A DNA stretch of 61,684 nt, from NCBI GenBank assembly GCA_045600185.1, contig JAZRXK010000086.1, forward strand, positions 1 to 61,684, in the 5' to 3' direction. A program made the translations under genes and the position numbers. Below the pieces are notes generated by a model. That model ran no database searches and was not told the DNA's origin. It worked only from the letters and a program-made list of their open reading frames with translations. This document shows, one piece after another, positions 38,181 through 46,417 of this stretch. Source of the stretch: Desulfocucumaceae bacterium (GTDB taxonomy: Bacteria; Bacillota; Desulfotomaculia; Desulfotomaculales; Desulfocucumaceae). Numbering within the stretch: the stretch's first letter is position 1; each line of letters begins with the position of its first letter.

Positions 38181-38204
38181 TGACCCATAATTTGACCCAT
38201 AATT
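38181..38204. repeat. Perfect tandem 12-mer (TGACCCATAATT x2), candidate operator
   Basis: Located 24 nt upstream of the -35 box of the glycosyltransferase promoter. Confidence 0.6.
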
Positions 38205-38227
38205 TTAAAAATTAAGCAAGGTAAAAA

Positions 38228-38255
38228 TTGAAAGTGGCTGGAAACAGTGTATAAT
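38228..38255 (+). promoter_or_regulatory. Sigma-A-type promoter of the GT4 gene
   Basis: TTGAAA - 16 nt - TATAAT, about 95 nt upstream of the start codon. Confidence 0.5.
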
Positions 38256-38348
38256 ATAAACATGAAGCAATCCACGGTTCTTGTTAAGGTCGAGAAAGGA
38301 GAAGGCCACTCCTCTTAATCATTTACAAGCAGTTTAAAACAGGAGGTT

Positions 38349-39509
38349 TTGGTGGTCGAATACTTTATGAAAGTAGGTATTTTTACTGACAGCTATTTAC
38401 CTTATGTCAGTGGAGTAGTTAAATCCATTGAATTTTTTCGCCAGGAATATCAAAAACAAGGCCATGAAGTGTATATTTTTGCTCCACACTATGCTAAATG
38501 TACCAAAGAACCCCGAATTTTTCGCTATGCCTCTGTTCCTTCGCTGGCCAATCCGGGCTATAATTTAGCAATTCCCTTTTCTGTGCGGGTGCATCCTTTG
38601 CTGAAAAATCTGCATCTGGATATTATTCATGTTCATTCCCCCTTTTTGCTGGGTCGGGTGGGAGCCAGGTATGCCCGCAAACATCGGATTCCTTTGGTGG
38701 TAACTTTCCATACTCTTTATGAAAAATATGTGCATTATTTTCCCTGGAAACAGAAAACTACCAGGGAATTAACTCGAAGAATCTGCCGCAATTTTTGCAA
38801 TAGCTGCGATCTGGTCATTTCCCCTACGCAAATTGTAGCCGACTATCTGATAGATTTGGGAGTAAATTCTCCCATCGAAACTATTCCCACCGGAATTGAA
38901 CTGGCTCCATTTCGGGAACCCAATCTGCATTGGCTGCGTAATACCTACCGCTTGTCCCCGGAAAAGAAAATCTTGATTTTTGTTGGCCGTCTGGGACAGG
39001 AAAAAAATATTCCTTTTCTTTTTAAAATTTTGCAAAAGCTTTTGCCTGTTTATCCAGAGCTTTGTTTGGTTTTGGTGGGAGACGGACCGGAAAAAGAAAA
39101 CTTTGTTCAGCAAATTCATCAAATGGGTTTGGAAAAACAAATTATTCTGACCGGCAAACTTCCCTGGGAAAAGGTTGTCAACTGTTATCAGGACAGCGAT
39201 ATTTTTGTTTGTTCCTCCCTGACTGAAACTCAGGGACTGGTGGTTGTTGAAGCCAAGGCCGCAGGTAAACCGGCAGTAGCCGTCCGTTCTTATGGAGTGG
39301 GCGAAATGATTGCTGATCAGGAAGACGGTTTTTTGACTGAACTGGATGAAAATGACTTTGTCCAGAAAATCAAGCTGCTTCTGGACAATCCTCAATTATA
39401 TCAGCAAATGAGCCTGAAGGCCCTGCAAAACTCGCTTAAATTTTCAGCCGAAGCAAGTACCAAAAAAATGCTGGGCTGTTATCAAAAACTAATTAAAAAA
39501 TCTTTTTAA
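38349..39509 (+). CDS. GT4-family glycosyltransferase (diacylglycerol glycosyltransferase-like)
   Basis: 386 aa. N-terminus KVGIFTDSYLPYVSGV and the C-terminal E-x7-E-type region TETQGLVVVEAKAAGKPAVAV. GTG 38349 lies 5 nt after AGGAGG (alternative ATG at 38367). Confidence 0.8.
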   Translation: MVVEYFMKVGIFTDSYLPYVSGVVKSIEFFRQEYQKQGHEVYIFAPHYAKCTKEPRIFRYASVPSLANPGYNLAIPFSVRVHPLLKNLHLDIIHVHSPFLLGRVGARYARKHRIPLVVTFHTLYEKYVHYFPWKQKTTRELTRRICRNFCNSCDLVISPTQIVADYLIDLGVNSPIETIPTGIELAPFREPNLHWLRNTYRLSPEKKILIFVGRLGQEKNIPFLFKILQKLLPVYPELCLVLVGDGPEKENFVQQIHQMGLEKQIILTGKLPWEKVVNCYQDSDIFVCSSLTETQGLVVVEAKAAGKPAVAVRSYGVGEMIADQEDGFLTELDENDFVQKIKLLLDNPQLYQQMSLKALQNSLKFSAEASTKKMLGCYQKLIKKSF

Positions 39510-39523
39510 CGGAGGATTGAAGG

Positions 39524-41359
39524 ATGAGTACAGAAAAAATGGAGTTTCAAACAGAAGTCAAACAGTTGTTGGACATTGTGATCAATTCTTTGTACACTGA
39601 CAAAGAAATCTTCCTGCGGGAACTTATTTCCAATGCCGCTGACGCTCTGGAAAAAATGCGTTATTTAAGCGTTACCGAGCAAAATATTTATCAGCCGGAA
39701 TTGGAACTGCAAATTCAAATCAAGGTTGATCCAGACCAGAAAACCATTGTCATTGAAGATACCGGCGTGGGCATGACTAAAACCGAATTGATTGAAAACC
39801 TGGGTACCATTGCTCATTCCGGTTCCAAAGCCTTTTTGCAGAGCTTACAGCAGGAAAAACCGGATTTTAGTTTAATTGGCCAATTTGGGGTAGGCTTTTA
39901 TGCTGCTTTCATGGTTGCTCAGGAAGTAGTAGTTTCCACTCGTTCCTATCTTCCGGAAGAAAGCGGCTGGCAATGGACTTCAGAAGGCACCGGTTCCTTT
40001 GAAATTGAACCTTTGGCTGAAGCCAATCGGGGAACTTCCATCCTGCTTAAATTAAAAGAAAGCGAATTTGCCTCCAAGGATCGCCTGCAGGAAATTGGCC
40101 GCAAATATTCCAGTTTTGTTCCTTTCCCAGTTTTGCTGGAAGGTGAAAAGCTTAATACTTTACAGGCTGTTTGGGCTTTGAATAAAAACGAAGTTTCTGA
40201 AGAACAGTATAAGGAATTTTATCAATATATTGCCAGTGCCTTTGATGAACCTTGTTACCGCCTGCATTTTACCGCTGATGCTCCTTTATCCATCAAAGCT
40301 TTGATCTATGTTCCCGGCGAAAATATGGAAAAATTCGGCTTTGGCAAATTGGAGCCGGGCATCAATTTATATTGCCGCAAGGTTTTAATTCAGCAGCATT
40401 GTGAATTTTTACTGCCGGATTGGCTCCGATTTTTAAAAGGTGTGGTGGACAGCGAGGAAATTCCCTTGAATATTTCCAGGGAAACCATGCAGGACAGCAC
40501 TTTAATGGCCAAATTAAAAAAGGTTGTTACCAATCGTTTTCTTAAATTCCTGAACGAACAGGCCAAAAAAGATCCGGAAAGTTACAGTACTTTTTGGAAT
40601 AAATTCGGCAGCTTTCTTAAAGCCGGAGCCGCCACTGATCATAATTATCAAAAAGAGCTGGCTCCCCTTTTACGCTTTGAATCCTCCGGTTCGGAAAGCG
40701 GCAAGTATGTTTCTTTAAGTGAATATGTCTCCAGAATGCCGGAAAACCAGAAAAATATTTACTTCATTAACGGAGCCAACCGGGAAACCATTGAAGCCGG
40801 CCCCTACCTGGAAGCTTTCAAACAACGCAATATAGAGGTCATTTATACTTTGGAGCCTCTGGATGATTTTGTTTTAAGCAACCTGGCTGAATTTGAAGAG
40901 AAAAAACTGGTTTCAGCCGATAGTGCCGATTTGGATTTACCGGAACTGGAAAAAGAAGCGGTTGCGGACAAATTGGAAGAACTGCCTTTGAACAGTCTGT
41001 TGGAATGGCTGAAAGGGATTTTGGAAAACAAGGTCAGTGAAGTCAAAGCTTCCGACCGTCTGGTAGATAGTCCGGCCATTTTAATCAATATGGACAATTA
41101 TTTGACTTCTTCCATGCAAAAATATTTGCAGGAAGTGCAGGATACCCCCATGGGCATTTTCCGCAAAACCCTGGAAATTAACCCGGCTCATGATTTAATT
41201 AAAGGATTGGCGGTTTTACGAGCCAAAGATGAAGACTTTGCCAAATTGATTGCCGAACAGCTTTATGATAATGCTTTAATTGCTTCCGGGCTTCCGGCTG
41301 ATCCCAAAACAATGGTAGCCAGAACTTACCAAATTTTAACCAGAGCCGTTCGGGAATAA
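39524..41359 (+). CDS. htpG: Molecular chaperone HtpG (Hsp90)
   Basis: 611 aa. EFQTEVKQLLDIVINSLYTDKEIFLRELISNAADALEK, and IGQFGVGFYAAFMVA. Confidence 0.95.
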   Translation: MSTEKMEFQTEVKQLLDIVINSLYTDKEIFLRELISNAADALEKMRYLSVTEQNIYQPELELQIQIKVDPDQKTIVIEDTGVGMTKTELIENLGTIAHSGSKAFLQSLQQEKPDFSLIGQFGVGFYAAFMVAQEVVVSTRSYLPEESGWQWTSEGTGSFEIEPLAEANRGTSILLKLKESEFASKDRLQEIGRKYSSFVPFPVLLEGEKLNTLQAVWALNKNEVSEEQYKEFYQYIASAFDEPCYRLHFTADAPLSIKALIYVPGENMEKFGFGKLEPGINLYCRKVLIQQHCEFLLPDWLRFLKGVVDSEEIPLNISRETMQDSTLMAKLKKVVTNRFLKFLNEQAKKDPESYSTFWNKFGSFLKAGAATDHNYQKELAPLLRFESSGSESGKYVSLSEYVSRMPENQKNIYFINGANRETIEAGPYLEAFKQRNIEVIYTLEPLDDFVLSNLAEFEEKKLVSADSADLDLPELEKEAVADKLEELPLNSLLEWLKGILENKVSEVKASDRLVDSPAILINMDNYLTSSMQKYLQEVQDTPMGIFRKTLEINPAHDLIKGLAVLRAKDEDFAKLIAEQLYDNALIASGLPADPKTMVARTYQILTRAVRE

Positions 41360-41373
41360 GTCTTGCTTTCAAA

Positions 41374-41398
41374 CTGGAGCAAACTGGTTTTGCTCCAG
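41374..41398 (+). terminator. htpG terminator hairpin
   Basis: CTGGAGCAAA ctggt TTTGCTCCAG followed by TCTTTCT. Confidence 0.55.
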
Positions 41399-41405
41399 TC
41401 TTTCT

Positions 41406-41445
41406 GTCAGGGGGGATTCCCATTCAAGTGGGAATCCCCCCTGAC
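41406..41445. terminator. Very stable 17-bp perfect hairpin between convergent htpG and miaA
   Basis: GTCAGGGGGGATTCCCA ttcaag TGGGAATCCCCCCTGAC, ending 1 nt before the miaA stop codon. The U-tracts are weak. Confidence 0.45.
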
Positions 41446-41446
41446 T

Positions 41447-42361
41447 TTAAGTCTGGCTCCAATCCAACTGCTGCAAAATTTGAGCTGCTGTTTTTTCTGC
41501 CGCTCCTGCTTCAATCCATTTAATTCGCTGATCCCGACGAAACCAGGTCATTTGTCTTTTAGCCAAACGCCGACTTTCCCGTTTAATCAATTCCACCGCA
41601 TCTGCCCAACTCAAACTTCCGTCCAAATAAGCGGCCAATTCTTTATAACCAATAGCCTGCCATGCAGTGGAATTAACCCGGCCATACAGCTTTTTAACTT
41701 CATCCAGCAAGCCCTGTTCCAGCATCAGATCCACCCTTTGATTGATTCGCTCGTACAGCTTTTCCCGCTCCAGATATAAACCGAAAATTTGCATTTGATA
41801 CAAAGTTTCCGGCTGATTGCTGACCAGAGCCGACATGGGCTGACCGGTTTCTTCCCACACTTCCAAAGCTCGAATAATGCGTTTTTGATCATTGGGATGC
41901 AGGCGTTGAGCCGTTTTTGGATCCACCTTTTGCAGACAAGCATAAACATATTCCCGCCCCTTTTGAGCATACATTTGCTCCCATTTTCGCCGCAAAGCAG
42001 GATTGGGTTTACTTTGAGCAAAATTATTTTTTTCAGTTACAGCCTTTAAGTATAAGCCGGTTCCTCCCACCAAAAGAGGCAGACGACCCTGTTCCTGAAT
42101 TTCCCGGATGGCCTGACGAGCCAGGGTTTCATATTGAGAAACCGAAAAGTCCTGATCCGGTTCCACAACATCCAGCAGATAATGCGGAATTCCCTGCCGT
42201 TCCTCCCAGGAGGGCTTGGCTGTGCCAATATCCAGCCCTTTATAAATGGCCATGGAATCCAGAGAAATAATGGAACCATTCAGCTTTTGAGCCAGCAAAA
42301 CTGCCGCAGCCGTCTTGCCGGTGGCGGTCGGGCCTACTATGGCTAATAATCTGTTTTGCAT
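41447..42361 (-). CDS. miaA: tRNA dimethylallyltransferase
   Basis: Start MQNRLLAIVGPTATGKTA (P-loop) at 42361, after a GAAGGGGG RBS. The upstream 21 codons of the track ORF are rejected. Confidence 0.9.
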   Translation of the reverse strand: MQNRLLAIVGPTATGKTAAAVLLAQKLNGSIISLDSMAIYKGLDIGTAKPSWEERQGIPHYLLDVVEPDQDFSVSQYETLARQAIREIQEQGRLPLLVGGTGLYLKAVTEKNNFAQSKPNPALRRKWEQMYAQKGREYVYACLQKVDPKTAQRLHPNDQKRIIRALEVWEETGQPMSALVSNQPETLYQMQIFGLYLEREKLYERINQRVDLMLEQGLLDEVKKLYGRVNSTAWQAIGYKELAAYLDGSLSWADAVELIKRESRRLAKRQMTWFRRDQRIKWIEAGAAEKTAAQILQQLDWSQT

Positions 42362-42381
42362 AAGTATGCCCCCTTCTTTGG

Positions 42382-43176
42382 TTATGGACAGAATTGTGCC
42401 TGACTTGTCCGCTCTTTTTCCCACAAACCAAAGGCCACCGTTGCATTAGCCCTGCCCAGAACTTGAGGAGGATTCAGGCGTTTTAATTCCCGACTGCCAT
42501 TTCTTTCTTTGACTACAACTCTTTTGCGGCAGACTCTCCAGGCTTCGGCCAACATATTTATTTCCAAAGCTGCTGGATTGGTAAAAGGCCGCAAAGCATC
42601 CATGGAGGGAGAGTTTTTGATTTTTGAACGAAACATGGGATCAAAATAAACTATATCATAGGAATTATTTGCTGCCTGGGGCAGAAAATCCCGGTAATCA
42701 GCTTGAATAACCTGAATCCGGCTGGCTGGAGCGGCCAGATTATCTTTTAAACCCTTTAAACCGTCTTCCACCAGAGCAGCAATAATCGGAGAAGACTCCA
42801 GACCAGTTACTCTGCCCTTCTCCCCTGCTGCCCAGGCCGCTGTTAAAGCATCTGCCGCCAAACCCAAAGTACAGTCCAAAATTTGATCTCCCGGTTGAAT
42901 ATTCAGATAACGAACCAGATTATTTCCCTGACCTCTTTCCAGTTCCAGAATACGAAGCTGAGCCAGACTGGGATGAAAAAAAAATTCTGTCCCCTGATAA
43001 AAACAGCTTATTTTTTGAGCCGCCACCACCAGCACCGCTTCCGCCTGTTCTTCTTCTAAAAGCTGAGGCAAATTCAGATCCCGGCGAGCCGCAAAAGGAC
43101 AGGATAGTTTTGCTGCCCATTGCCGAGCCACTTCACTTAAACGACCTGATTGGGCAGTTGTAACAATAAGTTTCAA
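42382..43176 (-). CDS. Class I SAM-dependent methyltransferase (RsmJ / PF04445-like)
   Basis: 264 aa. ILDCTLGLAADAL (SAM-binding) and IVYFDPMF resemble RsmJ-type 16S rRNA m2G methyltransferases. Confidence 0.6.
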   Translation of the reverse strand: MKLIVTTAQSGRLSEVARQWAAKLSCPFAARRDLNLPQLLEEEQAEAVLVVAAQKISCFYQGTEFFFHPSLAQLRILELERGQGNNLVRYLNIQPGDQILDCTLGLAADALTAAWAAGEKGRVTGLESSPIIAALVEDGLKGLKDNLAAPASRIQVIQADYRDFLPQAANNSYDIVYFDPMFRSKIKNSPSMDALRPFTNPAALEINMLAEAWRVCRKRVVVKERNGSRELKRLNPPQVLGRANATVAFGLWEKERTSQAQFCP

Positions 43177-43194
43177 TTTAGTTAATCCTCCTAA

Positions 43195-45027
43195 CTAAAT
43201 TCTTTTAAAGCGAGCTGCCAGTTCTTTGGGAGTCAGGCAAATAATAGTGGGTCTACCATGCGGACAAGTATAAGGATTTTCTGTCTGTTCCAACTGATGC
43301 AGCAAGGTCAACGCTTCCTTTTCTCCACAAAAGCACCCGGCTTTAATGGCTGCTCCACAGGCGGCCATGCTGGCTATTGCCCAATACCAATCTTCTTCCT
43401 GCCAGTTTCCTGCCCGAATCACCAGTCTGTCCAGCAAGTCCCGAACTAATTCGGCTTCTTTGCCTCCCGGCAAGCCGGCTGGAACTCCCCGAATTAAATA
43501 ATCCGGCTCCCGAAATTTTTCAATTTCAAAGCCCAGCTTTTGCCAGACAGCCTGATTTTCCTGCCAGGCGGCTGCTTCTGCCGGACTTAAACGCAGGGCA
43601 ACAGGCAGAAGCAGGCTTTGTACTTCCGTCTTTTGACCGATCAACAAACTCAGAAATTTTTCATATAAAATCTTTTCATGGGCAGCATGCTGATCCATAA
43701 TATATAAGCCTTCCACGCCCTGCCAAAGCAAATAAACCGGAGGCAGAAAACCTTTATATAACAGCTCTGGAATTTTGGTCTTCTGGGGAAACAAAACCGA
43801 CGCTTCCGCTTTTTCCGGCGAAGGAGAAGGCCGTTCAGAAACTGTTTTTGGGGTTCGGGGTATTCTGGTTTCCGGCAATCGGACTGCCTGCTCTGCTTCC
43901 GGCTGGATTGGAATTATGAAACCTTGCGATTCCAATTTCTCTTTCAAAGGACTTACAACTGTTGCCTGATCGGAAGCCTGTTTTAAAACAGTTGGTTTCG
44001 TCATGTTCTGCTCTGGTTGTCCCGGAATAATTTCCGGATTAAATAAAGCTTTCCGAATGGCGGAACGAATTAAATCAAAAATAGTTCCTTCCGGCAAAAT
44101 CTTAACTTCAGTTTTGGCCGGATGAATGTTAATATCCACCGAATTGGGCGGCAAAGTAATTTTTATGACGGCTATGGGGAAGCGTCCATTCGGCAAAACG
44201 GTTTTATAAGCATCGCAAACTGCTGCCGTCAAAACCGAGCTTTTAATATAACGGTTATTGATAAAAATATCAATATTACGGCGGGTTCCCCGGCTTAAAC
44301 TGGGCTTGCTGCAATAACCTTCAACTTTAGTTTGCTCCATTTCAATGGCCAAAGGCAGCATTTGAGCGGCAGTTTTAACTCCGTAAACGGCAGCAAAGCT
44401 GTGCAGAAGTCCCGGTTCGCCCGCAGTAAAAATCAGCTTGCCCTGATTGAAAAGACGAATCTTGATTTCAGGACAGGCCAAAGCCAATTTGCCAACAATT
44501 TCGTTAATTTGAGCAGATTCGCCGGCAGTGGTCTTCATATATTTCAGCCGAGCCGGAGTATTAAAAAATAAATCTTCGACTAAAATCGAAGTGCCTTCCG
44601 GACAGCCGGCCGGTTCCACCCTTAAAACCCTGCCTCCTTCAATTTCAACCAGCGTTCCCCCCAGCATTTCAGAAGTTCTGGTTCGCATACTGACCCGGCT
44701 GACGGCTCCAATGCTGGCCAAAGCTTCACCCCGAAAACCCATGCTTAAAATGGCTTCCAGATCTTCTGCTGTTTTAATTTTGCTGGTGGCATGACGCACG
44801 AAAGCCAGACGAGCGTCCTTGGCATCCATACCGCAGCCATTGTCCGAAACCTGAATTTTTTTCAAACCACCTGCTTCAATTTCCACTTCAATCGCTGTTG
44901 CCCCAGCATCAATGGAGTTTTCCAACAGCTCTTTAATGACAGAAGCCGGGCGTTCCACGACCTCCCCGGCTGCAATTCGATTAGCGGTTTTGGCATCCAA
45001 AACCGCTATCCTGGATTTTTTAAACAT
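43195..45027 (-). CDS. mutL: DNA mismatch repair protein MutL
   Basis: Start MFKKSRIAVLDAKTANRIAAGEVVERPASVIKELLENSIDAG at 45027. The ATG is embedded in the upstream stop context GATGTTTAA. The 80 upstream codons of the track ORF are rejected. Confidence 0.95.
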   Translation of the reverse strand: MFKKSRIAVLDAKTANRIAAGEVVERPASVIKELLENSIDAGATAIEVEIEAGGLKKIQVSDNGCGMDAKDARLAFVRHATSKIKTAEDLEAILSMGFRGEALASIGAVSRVSMRTRTSEMLGGTLVEIEGGRVLRVEPAGCPEGTSILVEDLFFNTPARLKYMKTTAGESAQINEIVGKLALACPEIKIRLFNQGKLIFTAGEPGLLHSFAAVYGVKTAAQMLPLAIEMEQTKVEGYCSKPSLSRGTRRNIDIFINNRYIKSSVLTAAVCDAYKTVLPNGRFPIAVIKITLPPNSVDINIHPAKTEVKILPEGTIFDLIRSAIRKALFNPEIIPGQPEQNMTKPTVLKQASDQATVVSPLKEKLESQGFIIPIQPEAEQAVRLPETRIPRTPKTVSERPSPSPEKAEASVLFPQKTKIPELLYKGFLPPVYLLWQGVEGLYIMDQHAAHEKILYEKFLSLLIGQKTEVQSLLLPVALRLSPAEAAAWQENQAVWQKLGFEIEKFREPDYLIRGVPAGLPGGKEAELVRDLLDRLVIRAGNWQEEDWYWAIASMAACGAAIKAGCFCGEKEALTLLHQLEQTENPYTCPHGRPTIICLTPKELAARFKRI

Positions 45028-46417
45028 CAGAATCTCCTGCCTTGGGGCCTTCCGAAATCCATTCCTGACTGCTGAGCCGATCAAAAGCTTTGCAGGTATC
45101 CATAGATTTATCCTGTAAATATAAATAATCATATTGACAGGAATATTTTTTAGCGTATTCATAGGCATCGTAGCCTTCGGCCTGACAATTAGCACAGGCT
45201 CCAAAAGGAATGGAAACGGCCATAATTTGAATATCTTCTCCGTAATTATGCAAAGAACGGGATTCAATGGTCAAATAGCCAGAACACTCACTGCACCGCC
45301 GCAGGCTTTCGGTTTGTTCTTCCTCCACATAATCCGTATCATAAAAAATACTTTTATCTCGCCGGAAAAACTTATCCCGCCCAAAAAACATATCCGGATT
45401 AAAGCGATCCCGATCCTGCCACACCTGAGTTATTTCCTTAACTGTTTTGGCCACCCGCAGAGCATTTTCCGGTTTTTCCCGGTGTTTTTCCGGATGATAA
45501 TCCGGTTCCCGCACATTGCGGTAATCTTCTCCGGCCAAAGCCATCAAAATGGCCAGATTTAAATAAGGCAAAGCAGTTTCAATGGCATAACCGCCTTCCA
45601 GAACGGCCAGATCAGGCTGTAATTTTCGGGTGAATTCCGCATAACCCTGAGAAGAAAAATTCAGACTGCCCAATGGATCACTGTAATGACAATCCTGCCC
45701 GGCGGAGTTGATCACAAATTCCGGCTGAAATTCTTTCAAAATGGGCAGTACCAGATTGTCCAAAACATAGTGCATAGTTTCGTCCGTACTGCCCGGCGGC
45801 AAAGGTACATTTAAAGTTTTGGCATAAGCAGAAGGACCTCCCAGTTCATTGGTAAAGCCGGTTCCCGGATAAATGGTTCGTCCATCCTGATGAAAGGAAA
45901 TAAACAGCAGATCCGGATCATGATAAAAAATATCCTGCGTTCCATCTCCATGATGCACATCACTATCTACAATGGCAATTTTCTTCAGGCCATAATTGCG
46001 GCGTAAATATTCCACCAGAATGGCTTCATTGTTGATATTGCAGAAGCCCCGATTGCCATGCACCACCCGCATGGCATGATGACCGGGAGGGCGAACAATG
46101 GCAAAACCGTTTTTCAGCTCCCGCAGACGAATTTTATCGGCCAGAACCAGCGGCGACCCGGAGGCAATTAAGTGAGCTTCCATAATCTGGCTTTGCACCC
46201 TGGGAACGCAAAAATGTACTCTGGCTATATCGTGAATAGTGGCAAGCCGGGGAGTTAATTCTTCCACCTGGGGCAAATCCAGAACTCCTTCTTCAAAAAT
46301 CTGATCCCTGGTATATAACAGCCGTTCTTCCCGCTCCGGGTGAGTAGGAGAAATAGCCCAGTCAAAAGCCGGAAAAAAAATTACACCGGTTTTATTGTAT
46401 CTGGTCACTTTTTTCAT
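45020..46417 (-). CDS. HDAC-superfamily deacetylase (acetylpolyamine amidohydrolase/AcuC-like) with a C-terminal CxxC...CxxC module
   Basis: 465 aa. Catalytic motifs AIVRPPGHHA, DSDVHHGDGTQDIFY and LEGGY. C-terminal RRCSECSGY...GACANCQAEGY. An alternative GTG start at 46408 lies 9 nt after AGGAG. Confidence 0.8.
   Translation of the reverse strand: MKKVTRYNKTGVIFFPAFDWAISPTHPEREERLLYTRDQIFEEGVLDLPQVEELTPRLATIHDIARVHFCVPRVQSQIMEAHLIASGSPLVLADKIRLRELKNGFAIVRPPGHHAMRVVHGNRGFCNINNEAILVEYLRRNYGLKKIAIVDSDVHHGDGTQDIFYHDPDLLFISFHQDGRTIYPGTGFTNELGGPSAYAKTLNVPLPPGSTDETMHYVLDNLVLPILKEFQPEFVINSAGQDCHYSDPLGSLNFSSQGYAEFTRKLQPDLAVLEGGYAIETALPYLNLAILMALAGEDYRNVREPDYHPEKHREKPENALRVAKTVKEITQVWQDRDRFNPDMFFGRDKFFRRDKSIFYDTDYVEEEQTESLRRCSECSGYLTIESRSLHNYGEDIQIMAVSIPFGACANCQAEGYDAYEYAKKYSCQYDYLYLQDKSMDTCKAFDRLSSQEWISEGPKAGDSDV

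Noticed and set aside
45028-45267. 80-codon N-terminal extension of mutL in the track ORF; similar extensions of atpD, atpA, miaA, 5726-6394 and 16095-17072
   Set aside because: The extensions overlap the preceding genes and precede canonical conserved N-termini that have their own RBSs.
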